Assembly: GCA_024679065.1 (NCBI GenBank)
Contig: JAGIQG010000004.1
Coordinates: 33,232,001 to 33,296,000 of the forward strand
DNA from: Sphyrna mokarran
Lineage: Eukaryota
DNA: 64,000 nucleotides
Direction of reading: 5' to 3'
Below, piece after piece: positions 37,546 to 50,175 of the stretch. The notes under the pieces are model-generated. The model did no database searches. It worked only from the letters and a program-made list of their open reading frames with translations, and was not told the DNA's origin. Within the stretch, counting starts at the first letter, position 1. Each line of letters begins with the position of its first letter. The position numbers were made by a program, and so were the translations under genes.

Positions 37546-40500
37546 GGACATAAAAAAATAAGCATAGGTTTAAGAGGTAGAGAAGCAAAGCTGGAAATAG
37601 AAGGCAGAAAATTAGTAAGCAAGCAAGGAAAATAGAGGAAACAAAAGACTAGAAAATAAACAAAGCAGTTTGTGAGTTGCTTGATCACCCGGGGGAAAGC
37701 ATAAGGCTAAATATCCCAATTTACCGAATGATCCCCGAATAAAGAAATGACCAACAAGGATTCACTTTTTGTAACATTTGCTTTAACACGAATCAGAACC
37801 AAAGTAAACTAACATGAATTAGCAGGCAAATGATATTTTAAATGAAGAGGTAAACTTTTCATTTAACAGTTGTTACAACAAAAACATGTCTAGCACAAGC
37901 ACCAACACCCATATCACTCCCCACACAAGTGTGGCTTATGTAGCTACACAGTTACACAACATGCTGCCCTTCATTCATGCAGGGTTATGAAACTTATCCA
38001 AAAAGAACTTGTGCCTTTGAGTTTCTTGGGCCTGATTATTATCAGCAAAGCATGCTTTGACAAACCTTCTCTCTTTTGGGTCATGGCTGTTGTGATGGTG
38101 TAGCTTTCCAGAGTTCAGCTTCAACTGATTAACCAGTGACACCACAGTTCATAGTTGGCCACTTTGAGAGAACACCTACCTTTTTAAAATCTCTGACCTT
38201 TTCACAGAGCTTTCCAGATTTTACACCATTTCAGCCAGGTCACATAATCCCTTCCAAGACTCCTGTATCCTTTTTTGTCAAACTGAAAAAACTGATCTCT
38301 TCCTGAGAGAGATTTGGTACTTTTCCACCAAAGAATTTGGTGTCTTTCTTTTTCTGTCTAGGTCTGTTTTCTGTTTGTGTCTCCACTGTGTCATGACATT
38401 CAGCCTCCCCTCCCCTCCTGCCTTCATCCTCTTTACAACAGTAATTTCCTTGTCCATCTTCTCTCTATGCCTGACCACACACCCTTTTGCATCTCAATTT
38501 CCTTCCCATTATGACAACTTCCAGGTCAAGAGTTACCAAGTCATATGAAAATTCCAATTGATCCTTTTACCATTGATGCAAACTCTTCCATGTCCTGCTG
38601 AAATGTTCTTTAAAAATAACTATAGATTCCACAAGTATTTTAAACAGATTATTTATTTTCCTTACTATACTGCTTTTGGGGGTCAAAGGTTGTTATACAG
38701 TAAGTAGTGTATACTTGAAGGGATTTAATACGTAAGGTAGTTAAACTGAGGGCAGAAGAGGGTGCTTAAAAATATATCTTAAATATGACTGAAACATGGC
38801 TTAGTAAGTGGCGGGAATAGCAACCACATTCCGAGTTATAGGGTTTTCAGATCCAGCCAGTTCTGATGCAGAATTACCAACAATCCACCCCCTATTTTCC
38901 CTTTGGAGTTCGTGGGTGATTTATTTTAGCGCACAGTCCTTTTAAATTTATTGCATAGCATGTGCCTAGCAACTTAAATGGGGCAACTTGTGTGGCCTGC
39001 ACTGAATGTATCCATTTGCTGCACTGTCACAGAGCTAACAGGGAACAGTGATTGCTGACCTGAAATGTTAACTCTGTTCTTCCATACTTGCCACAGACTT
39101 GCTGAATACATTCACCATTTTCTGCTTTTGTTTTAGATTTGCAAACCACATTTCTCTTGTATACGTGAAGGGAAAGGTCAAGTTTTAATTTTTTTAGAAT
39201 GAAACTAGACAGGTGAAAATGTTATTCAGCAGGACAGATTTTGATGACTGTTCCAGACATGGGAGGGATGTGGGATACTTTCTCCTTTTTCCCACCATTT
39301 GACTCACTGTATCAAGATACATGTGTTTTTCAGAAGTAGTATTTTACCCGCTTTGTTTAATTTCAAAATTCAAGACACTAAGCAGGATTCTCCAGCCATT
39401 CATACCAATGGCATTTTCCTGTCCCGCTGCAGTGGACGGAGATTTTGCTGCATGCTAAATTTTGCATCCTCTCTCCCAGTGAATGGCTGGAAAATTCCAG
39501 CCATTGAGTCTGAGGTGACCATTGAATTGGCATTTCTGTATATGTCCTGAAAAAAGTAACAGTTAATTCCAGTGATGATTTACTGAATTCTGATGTCTCT
39601 TCAATGGAAGTTCCTCCAAGAAGACATTTACATTTTAATTTCCAAAGGCATGTCCAGCCGTACGTTAATCTCTGTCTGTACAGGGACCACAAAGTAAATC
39701 ACCTGACCTCCTGCCAGAAAGGATGGAGAATTTGCCGGATAACCTTTCTCCTATTTTCTAAATGTCCAGCACAACTTCTGCACTTTTGTGGAGTGTGCAT
39801 TTTTATGTAAAGCCAAGGACCCCATATGTCCTTCGATAAATCTTTTCAACTTATCCTGTCATTCTCAAAGATTTGCTTTTGCACATTCCCAGATCACTGT
39901 ATTCCTATTAATCCCTTTAAAATTGTATAATCTAATTCACATTACTCTTCCTACTCACTTTTCCTACCAAAACTATTCATTTCTCCTTTGTTAAATTTCA
40001 TCTGTTGTGTCTCTGCCAATTTCGTCAAGATATCTATGTCCTCCTGAAGTCTGTTACTAAATGCTAAATAAGTCTCTGAATTTATGGGCAGATTTTTATG
40101 TCCCCTCTAACTGGTGGGATTATCCGATCTGGCCAAAGTCGGTGGAGTTTTGACAAGCCCACCTTATTTTACAGTCCCACCTCCAGTGCACAGCTCTTAT
40201 GGCAGAGCCATAAAATTCCCCCCAGTGACTCCCAAAGTACATCCATGTCTCAGCATATCAGGCCAGAACCTCCACAATTACCATCCTTACTTCCCTCAGC
40301 AATCTGGCATATGTTCCTTCTGGATTGCATGACTTTCTACCACAATGCTGCCAGTTTTGTAAGCACCCACTCATTATTTGTTTTTAGCTAATCCAATTTC
40401 TCTATCTGCTCTCCTTTCTGGAATAGGAGCCTCCGGAGTCATGAATTGTCTGCCAAAGTAATGTTAACTCTGTTCTTCCACGCTTGTCACTTCTGTCTGC

Positions 40501-43139
40501 CTGCAAGCATGGGGGTAAGTAATGACAGTAGGGTGCAGAGGATCTCTCATGCAACCCAACCTTCCTGACATTCCCTGTTGATCCTCTTTTTATTGCAAAC
40601 TCTTTGGATACAGAATTTTCACTGGAAAGCCATCAATAACAGTAGGTGCAAAAATTTACAACAATTATCACAGTGGTTCATGAGAATCTAAGGGCAGCAG
40701 TTAAGAAATAGCTAAATATATTGGCTGTACATGTCTTTACATAGTAACCTTGTAAATCTATTTCATATGAGCATCACTACAAATTGGTGTCTCACACACT
40801 TCCATATCATAAAATGGTGTGTCTCGTTTCCAGGCTCCAAGGTTATTATCTAAATGAAGCTTTGTGACAGAGATAAAATGCAGGGAAGACAAAAAAAAAT
40901 TGTCTGATCAGATTTTCTCAATTTATTCCTGTAAATTGGATGGAAGCTATCAGAAAAAATCCAAACTCTCATTGCAAAATATCAGGAATGTTTAAAACTG
41001 CTGTTCAAGAATTAAAATCTCTGCATCAAAAGTGGCATGTCTTAAAATGAAACCTAGATGATATTTGGAAGGAGTTTATACAAAGATAGATGCATATCTA
41101 TCTACAAGTTTCTAGCTACACGTTTCAGATGATTGATAAGACACTTTAGCATATGTCATGTGTTTCTGTGGAATATGGTGAGTGATCAAAATACAGAACA
41201 TTTTAGAGAATTAAAATTTAAGCGTAGTAACAAAATTAATGCATTCGTAAATGTGTTCAGAACAGCGAAACAGCTCAGTATTTATTATACAACAATTGCC
41301 AAACTCCAAAGATGTGCAGGTTAGGTTGATTGGCCATGCTAAAGTTTCCCTAGTGTCAGGAGGATTAGCAGAGTAAACATGTGATATTATAGGAATAATG
41401 CGAGGGTGGGATTGCAGGCAGTACAGACTCGATGGGCCAATTGGCTTCTGTACTGTAGGGATTCTATGGATTTTAACTTGCAATTTTGGTGAATCAATTT
41501 GATTTGATTTATTATTAATCACATGTATTAGTATACTGTGAAAAGTATTGTCTCTCGCCCGCAATACAGATAAAGTATGCCATACATAGAGAAGGAAGGG
41601 GGGCAAAATGAAATGTTACAGGCAAAGCTAGAGTGTAGAGAAAGATCAACTTGATATGAGGTAGGTCAAAGTAGCTGATTTGTAATACAAATTGCATTTG
41701 AAATTTGGACAGAGACCAACAAGAGCACTGATATTCAATCTTACAACGTAAATGTGTTAAGAACAGCAAAATAGCTCAATATTGATCAGATTGCCCACAG
41801 AGTTTGGCAAATGGAGATTCTTAAGATGTTTTTAATTATACAATCATGGAATGTGGGTGCTACAAGCAAGACAGGCATTTATTGACTGTAAAATTAGGCA
41901 AATTAAAATCTAAATTGACTTGAGATGAATCAACCAACAACCTATTGTGCAAGAGAAACATACCAACAACCGTGTTCAAAGATTATAATAGGCAGTAAAT
42001 TATTGCCAAAATGCCCATAATTTCCCAGTTTGTGAAACTAGGTTACCCTGCACCAGAACATATTTTGAAGACTTCTCTTCAATGTCCGCCTCTCGCATAG
42101 GTGTATAAGTGCAATTTAAAGTAATGATGCCAACTCTACAACAAAGAGGCAGGAAAAATGAAACTGCAAATTGTGTAAGTAGAACAATACTGTAAGTTGC
42201 TGTAAATTGCTGTAAGCTATAACTATAAGTTGCAACACTGGAGACTCTGGAAACATCTACTTCAAGTGTGACAATGTCAGCCAATACCAGCGTAGATTTA
42301 AAATTTCAGCTGTTGTACAACTACTTGACATCTACTCCCGAACAAAAATATTGCATTTGCCACGAGGAATTCAGATTATCTTTATCTCCAGGGGAATAAG
42401 GCAAAGCTAAAACTGCATGTTAGATGTGTGATAGATTGAAAATGCAAATACAAACTAACATGCGCTAGGGAAGCAATTATACCCGATCTTGAACTCCACA
42501 TTGGAAAAATTTATACCACTACCTACAATTCTATGATTATTGCAGGGTGCATAAATATGCCAAGAATTAAAATTACTGAAATCTTTGGTAGCTGTTACAC
42601 CATGTCAATATGTAAAAACTTCACAAAAACTACTGACTCAAGAAGTCACAAATGTATGCAGTGATGCCTTGTAAACACTGAGCTGTCTCCAGGAAATAGA
42701 AAACTGTGTAAAAATTGGCAATGAAATTATCCATACAAATTTGCTACAGAGCTGAAACAGAAGGTAATTGATTAACATATTTGAACTACAGTTGCTTGCT
42801 CCCATTAGTAAACCCACAGGTTAGATACCAAATATAATGACAAATTGTTAAGACAAAAAAAACTGACAATTTACAATTTTACAATTAAACTGAATCAATT
42901 ATGTAGTCTTAAACCTTAGTTGAATAGATTGCCTCAGAATTCACAAATCCCGAATTACTCTTTGCCCACCTTGCCAGATGGGTCCTGGCAATGTAGACAG
43001 AAGATGAAATGAATTAATGATTTTCTATTTGATAAATTTCAGAGGCATTGCATGATGTTTCACGTTGTATCATTCCAGAATGTGTATGCATGGAAGTTTC
43101 TAAGAGTAGAATTAACTACAGTTGTCATTTTGAATTTGT

Positions 43140-44340
43140 AGAATCACAGAATACAGGAGGAGGCCATTCAATCAATCACATATCTGCAAGAACAACTCAG
43201 CTTGTCCCACTTCCCTACCTTTTCCTCATGATCTCTTCAGACAATTCTCTTGTGAAAACCAAGATTGAATCTGCTTCCACCACACTGTCAGGCAGTGAAT
43301 TTTAACTCCTGACTACTTGCCGTGTAAAATATGTAATTTTTTTTATCTTGTCTTTGGTCCTTTTGCCACTTGGCTTAAATCAGCATCCTCTGATTCATGA
43401 TCCTTCTGCATCATTCATTACAGTTTCTCCATCTCCACTCTGTTCGAATGTCTCATGATTTTGAACATCTCTATCAATCTCCTCTCAACCTCTTCTCCAA
43501 GGGGAACAGCCCCAGCTTCACTAATCTATTTATGCAACTGAATTTCCTTATCTCTGGAACAATTCTCATAAATCTTTTCTGCAACTCCCTAATGCCTTTA
43601 CACCCTCCTGAAAGTGCAGTATCCAGAATGGGATGCAATACTCCAATTGATACCAATCCAATGTTTTAAAATGGTTTTTCAGATGTTCTTTGTTTTTGTT
43701 CTCTATATGTGGGATTTTATGGCCTCATTCATTCTGAAACTGTAAAATCTCGCCCAAGGTCAATGGACCATGGTCCAACTCCCCTACCCGTTCCGATTCC
43801 TGTGGCAGGTGGGACGGTAAAATTCTGGCCTATGCCTCTATTTATAAAGCCTAACATCCTACATGCTTTTTAAATCTGCTTTCTCAAGCTACTCAACCAC
43901 TTACAATGATTTATGTACATATACCCCAGGTCTCTCTGCTCCTGCAGCCCCTTTAGAATTCCATTCTTTATTTTATGTTTCCTTTACTAGTTCTTCCTAT
44001 CAAAATATATCACTTCACTTTTATTTGCATTAAACTTCATCTGAGGAGTATCAGAGGATTTGATGAGGTACTAGGGAGTGTTAATAAGGGTAATGCAGTT
44101 GATCTGGTGTTTATGGATCCAAAAGGCATTTGATAAACTGCCACACAAAATGTTCCTGTGCTGCGCTTTGTTCATTGTTCTTATACTGAAAGCACTGGAT
44201 AAAGTGGACATGGAGAAGATGTTTCCATTAGTAGGAGAAACTAAGATCTGAGAACACAACCTCAAAGTAAAGGGACGACTTTTAGAACCAAGATGAGGAA
44301 GAATCCCTTTAGCCAGAAGGTGGTGAATCTGTGGAATTTA
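43140..44340. mobile_element. CR1 fragments (minus ~43140-44040, plus ~44045-44340)
   Basis: QKRFMRIVPE...RLVKLGLFPLEKRLRGD on minus; DxxKAFDK-like and ORF2-end remnants on plus. Confidence 0.7.
43709..43830. mobile_element. Short MITE (Harbinger-like) inserted into a CR1 fragment
   Basis: Same family as 34811-34937; flanked by tat/tat; the host CR1 sequence resumes across it. Confidence 0.7.
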
Positions 44341-45272
44341 TTTTGATGTGGCTTCAGTTATAAATGGGAATAACTATATAAGCTATGTACTTTAATAATT
44401 TCTTATAACTGAAGTCACATCAAAATAAAAACCATTGCTATTCACCTTAAGTTCATCATCTGTTCACTTAAGTACCCTACTGTAGTCATCTATCCTCTAC
44501 CTTTCTGCCACATTTGTTGAACCATTTAAATTTATGGAAGATCAAAACAGGGAATGGCAGCAATTAAAGATCCATGACTAATCTACAAGTGAGGCTGAAT
44601 CATTTAGTTCATAGGTAATATAATTTGAAGAATTGGGAATGTTCCAGTGTCTTACAAAAGCATTAGATCTGTCGCTTTGATGTAGAGAGTCTGTGGAATA
44701 TACACAAGAGTAGAAGACAAATAGCTATAAATGAAAAGAGGATGCCTGCCTTAATAAATCAGATGACTGAATTGACCACAGTACATAGAACAGAGGTGAG
44801 ACTTGCTGTAAGCTCATAGGCAGTATTATTCCCTGTTACCAAATGACTACAAAGAATGGTGTATCCTCTGGAATACAAATTCTATCTTAAGAAGCTTGTC
44901 CTTCTGTGGAAAACAATGCAGCAAAATCACCAGGTTCAATTGCACACCGACCAGTACTTCAAATAAGAAAGAGATCATCAAGAAGCTGACAAATCAAACA
45001 TCTCGTGAATTTGAAGGTGCAACTTCTAAAATGTGATCTATTGCAAGTGAATAATTGTGGGATGATCCTAAACATTTGCAAGGACATTGTCTGCTCAAAT
45101 CCAAATTGCTCAGAGCGCGAAAGTGTTTGTTTGGAAAGAAATGTCAATATAGCAGTGTTGGTCTGATTGGATCAAAAGGTTGATTACATAGCACTGTGTT
45201 CTGGAATAGTTATGTACTGTCTAATTAGAAAATGTCACCCACAGCTGCTTTTAAATATAACCACATTTTTGC

Positions 45273-45480
45273 CTCAGCCTTTTGGCTAATGAGATCAAGA
45301 TGGGGTGCAATGTCTTTTCTTATCAGTTTGGATCTTGTATGTTTCCCCTGCAGGAACTGTTAATTGGATTCAATTCGTACTTGGTTTTTGGAGCAAGCAA
45401 GGAGATGGGTTTGGGTCTGCCCAGTCCATTCTGCACATTGGCTCTGTAACTTTAAGAATGCAGTAAATTTTAAAAAAAGC
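45273..45480 (+). pseudogene. U2 snRNA-derived retroposon with A-rich tail and TSD
   Basis: Collinear U2 blocks ctcagccttttggctaa..gatcaag, ttcttatcagttt, ggtttttggagca..ggagatgg, gtccattctgcacattg. Tail ttttaaaaaaagc. Flanked by aaccacatttttgc (45259-45272) and aaccacctttttgc (45481-45494). Confidence 0.8.
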
Positions 45481-45488
45481 AACCACCT

Positions 45489-46751
45489 TTTTGCTAATGC
45501 TGAAGTCAATGTCTAATTTGTGTGTATTTCTAAGAAGGTGAAACTCTCAGTAGCAAAGAATCTACTAACTTGGAGCTTTGTAATATTGGGTATATGAATA
45601 TTCAGAAATGAGTATGTCTTATACTTTATAAAGCCCAAAGGAGCAGGTGTTGGGGATCCTTTAAACTTGCTCAGAATATGTGATTAGCAAAGCTTCCTTT
45701 ATAAATTATTCAGATCTGAGGTGCAAGTACTCAAGAATGATACTACTTGAACTGATTGAGATGTGGTGTTATAGTCCCTAAGACATTGCTAAACAATAAT
45801 GAACACAGGCATTTATCTACACTTAAAATCAGTTCACAAGGAGTCATTCAGTCCATCTAGTCCAGGCTAGCTCCCTGTGAAGCAATTCACTTAATTCCAT
45901 TCCTCCATTCTATCCCTGTAGTCCTGCAAGCTTATTTCCCTCAAGTGCCTTTCCAGTTTCATAGTCTCTGCTTGTACTGCCCTTCTAAACAAATTCAAGT
46001 GTCATGCCCATGTCATATTCGTAATGTTAAACATTCACTGTGTTCATAAAGAAGCTTCTGGAACTGCCTTTGTTTATTTAAAAATATGGACATTGATGAA
46101 CTATTAAGATGACAGCCAAGGGGGTCAGGTGACCATTGCAACTTCAACCCCGACCATCAAGCTTCTGGAAAGTTCTGAATTGAATCATACTGGGTAGGGG
46201 GTCTACCTCTTTCATTGTCATGCCTGGACTATACATCTTTGTAAAATTCATGCCTGACATTTTTGAAGCACAGTGTCCATAAACTAGACTTTACATCTCC
46301 AAGTTTACAATGCAACAAAGTAAAATTGAGGAGACTATTTAGATACAAATTAAGTGTGAAAGACCTTTGCGAGGATTACACTTAAAAGACTCCAGTACCT
46401 GCAGAGTGTGTGTATTCAGAAGCACAGTGTGGTTTTCCATGCTGATATGGTCTTCTCCATTGGCCAAGTACATGAGAAGTTTCGGGAACTCTACACTTTA
46501 CTTTTGTAGATCTCACTACAGCATTCAATATCACAAGCAAGATAAGACTCAATAAGATTTGAGGGGAAATTTACAGTCCACCAAAGCTTTGCTCCTACTC
46601 CTTTGGGCTTTATAAAGTATAAGACATACTCATTTCTGAATATTCATATACCCAATATTACAAAGCTCCAGTTAGTAGATTCTTTGCTACTGAGAGTTTC
46701 ACCTTCTTAGAAATGCACAGAAATTAGACATTGACTTCAGCATTAGCAAAA
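45489..46751. repeat. 158-159 bp inverted repeat pair separated by ~946 bp
   Basis: 45489-45647 is the reverse complement of 46594-46751, with about 3 substitutions and 1 indel by eye. Confidence 0.9.
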
Positions 46752-48659
46752 CTGAAACCTTTGTTCCAGTTGTGTCCCTTGTGGCCAGTTAAGGGCGGCT
46801 TCCTACCTCCCATTTTGATGCCAGACATTGGTTGAAAAAATGGTCATCACCTCCCCTCATTGGCACCTTTTCCAACAGGGTGCCCACTGCCAATGCTCCT
46901 TCCTGCCCTGGCCTTTGTATTAAGATTCCCATGAATTTCTCCCCCCAAAACCCCCAATGTTAATAATCTATTGTTGATGTAGAACTCCATACACAAATAG
47001 GAAAAGCAGTAACCATCTTTGGCTAATTCAATGTATATGGAATAACATCAGGATGATTCTTGGACCGACACACCAATTTATGAGTGTCGTGTTCTTAGCA
47101 CCTTAGAAAGGATGTTACTGCAATCAAGAAAGGAAGTGTAACAACATCCACCTTTGCTGTTTGTGCTACAGTCTGGACATGTTATTGTGGCAGTCCTCTG
47201 ATGTCAGTGCTTATGGAGCTGAGCAAAGTTAACTTGCTCAGGCAGGTTTTCACATGATCACATACCCAAGGGTTTTCTAAACAGTGAGGTAGCTGGTGTC
47301 AGCCGGCCAGGAGGTGCTTCAAGGATACTTGCATGTATGACTGATGAGCCCAAATATTGACTCTTGCGCTCAGGAAGCACTAGCTGAGGACATACTTGTA
47401 AGCTGTTAAGCCCCACCATCAGCATCAGCGGCAACAATAGCCTGATAATAGGCACCAACACAGAAAATAACAGCTCACAAAGAGACCTGACAGCCATTTC
47501 CTATGACATTGGTGACAGAACCTGCTTCCTGCTGTTCAGCTTTCAACAGCAGTTCACCAGGCTCTGGGTTGGCTGCAGCTCCATGGCTGAATGGAATTGA
47601 GGAGGACACTGCAATGTGGTTTCATCTGAAAAGATCTGGAATCCTTCATGCACTTATTAATTGAAAACTGGAAGTAATTTGTTGCCTCTTCTTTGAAAGA
47701 AGGCCTGGGGGAGTGGGCACCAGGCGAGATTGTTGGTTTAATTGCCCGAGTAGCAGCAACCTCTCTTTTACTCGGAGAACGCATTTTATATTTAATTGCA
47801 TGTGGGAGATTTCAACTCAATTTTACCTCCGATTTGCTATGGTGGAATTTTCTAAAATAGTTAAACTATTTTTGTCTTTAATTTAAACATGTATTAAAGA
47901 ATATTGTCAAAGAACATCTTCTGATCCTTACTGAGGATATTTGAATAGATCTAATTGGCTTTTTGTATTTCAGCTTAGGCAACTGAAAGTTCATCACCGT
48001 GAAAGGGGAACAATTTGCATTAGCAGGAGGCCAGCCTCCTCCTCTGGTCACACAGCATCAGCCCTGCTACTATTAGACATCGGGTCAGGGTCACGGGTTG
48101 GATGGGTCAAGTCATCAGAGCGCTGGACAGCAGTTCAGGAAGATCTGACCTATTCTACCCGCAGGTACCCCTTTGTGGTTCTGTAAAATCTAACTGCGGT
48201 CCTGACACCATTACAGCTGCTACATTTCCCTAAATGGCCAGTGATCAAGTAATGCGTGGATCGTTAGTGGTCAATACGCTTATAATAAAACACTAGCAAG
48301 TAGCTCCAGCTGCCTGCACACAATTATTGAACAACTGCAATTGTCCTAGTTCCCTTTCTGAATCTCTTAGGGTGGACCTGCGGGAGCGATGACCGATTAA
48401 CATAATCGCCCGTAAGATGGAAGATCGAAACAAGATGGTTTAGCCAGCGTTGTTAAGAGTGGTGATATATCTGAGGCAGCTCCAGCCAAGGCATTGTGTT
48501 CTCTGACTAAGACAAAATGAGCTGCAGTACATTCTACACTTACAATGGGCACGCTGGCTGATAGGATCTTGCTTTGTTTTACAAATCAATACCGAAACAT
48601 TTCTAATACCATTCAATACGACCAACTTAACAGGCAGCAGTGAAAAACTACAGACGCAC

Positions 48660-48713
48660 CTTGTGCCTTTTGTATGGAGGCGATTCCCCCAGTCAGAACA
48701 ATGATGGACCACA
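48660..48713 (-). CDS. NETO2: NETO2 exon 2, signal-peptide region (54 bp)
   Basis: ttccAG|TG TGG TCC ATC... gives xWSIIVLTGGIASIQKAQ|GTgcgt; resembles mammalian VLVVEGIAVAQKTQ; phases 1/1 fit the next exon. Confidence 0.85.
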
Positions 48714-49984
48714 CTGGAAAAGAAAATGAGGTTTCAGTGTCTGGCTGCTGAGGTAACATTGCTTCAGGCATCACATAAAACTGGGTAGCATTCGACAGAA
48801 ATTCGGAATTTCAGAATTTACAACGTTTTGTCTATGAAAATCCAAGATAAATATATACACATACCTACATGTAGACAACATGGTAAGATATTCCCAAATA
48901 ACTGACCTTAATCGAATGGGAAATCAAACAGACAAGAATTGTTTTCTAGTTACACGGTAAAGTCCATCTTCATATCCCGTGGATAAGCGGTTTCCCGGGG
49001 ATTTTATTTAAAGGAGTTCGCTCCTCAAGAGTTCAGGTGGTCGGAGACATTTGCTGCCTTCTCTCCGCAATATTGATTTCCTGGTGAGAAAGGCACTAAC
49101 TGCGGGGTACTGGCATTAACATTTCCCTACACTTCATTGCACGCACCATGCACTTTCGGGGAAGCTATTAATTTTAAACAGACAGCGAACGAGTCAAGTT
49201 AAACATAGCAAGTCCATCTACCGATCGAAAGGTAGTTCCAGCAGAGAGTTCCTGCTAGGGGTCTCACATTGTTTTAAGGTTTGGGCTGAGTCAGGGAGAA
49301 GCAGCACCTCGACCCCGAGCCCACCCTGCAACGTGATGCATTTCGCAATCAAATGAATGCCCGTACCCCGCAACTTTCTCTATGAAAAGATTGGGATTAT
49401 CGGGGAAAACTAAATGCGGTACATCATGGATTTTCAAACTAATGTCAAAACAAATCTCCCCAACAATAAGAATAAAGGCCCAAACATTCTTGGTGCAGCT
49501 GGGTATTAGTTTTTGCAGTTTACAATATCTAACATATAATGTAGCTAAAGACACCTCAGGAATCCCAAATCTTTGCAATTTGACGGTCCATTTTAATCTG
49601 AACCTGTATCTCAAATCTTATCTTAAAGCATTGCGACTTTTCCAAAAACTATATGTGATATTTTAATGTTAAAATTTGGTGTCTAGGATTTTATAAGATT
49701 CTTTATATTTCCTTACTCTTACATGAACGGGGTCAATGGTCCATCGGGGTCTTCTGACATCACAAACCCTCAGAAGTTCTGGTAACTTACAATTATCTTA
49801 TTTCACAAGGGATTAGGGCTCTGAATCCACTCATCTCAATTATATCAAAAGAACATTTCCTGGTGTTTGAGGAGTTGTGTTCGGACCAATCTCTGCAAGG
49901 GTTGCACTGGAGCTTGCAACTGAAAATACTTTCTGTGCAGATGCATCATTACCGCATATTGAGTGACCACCACTAGAATGACCC

Positions 49985-50175
49985 AAAAGAGAAAATGCTG
50001 GAAAATCTCAGCAGGTTTGGCAGCATCTGTAAGGAGAGACAACTTTGACAAAGGGTCATCTGGACTCGAAACATCAGCTCTTCTCTCTCCTTACAGATGC
50101 TGCCAGGCCTGATGAGATTTTCCAGCATTTTCGCTTCTGGTTTCAGAGTCCAGCATCCGCAGTAATTTGCTTTTA
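49985..50175. mobile_element. Miniature palindrome of a second PLE family
   Basis: Arms ~49991-50039 and ~50084-50132; decayed hammerhead (ttgacaaagggtcatctggactcgaaacatc) in the loop; ~40 nt 3' tail. Related ends at ~9966-10096(-), ~20356-20480(+), ~22165-22235(-), ~39055-39140(+), ~62245-62362(+). Confidence 0.7.

Noticed and set aside
45273-45480. Functional U2 snRNA gene
   Set aside because: Branch-point pairing sequence is disrupted, multiple indels, A-rich tail and TSD indicate retroposition.
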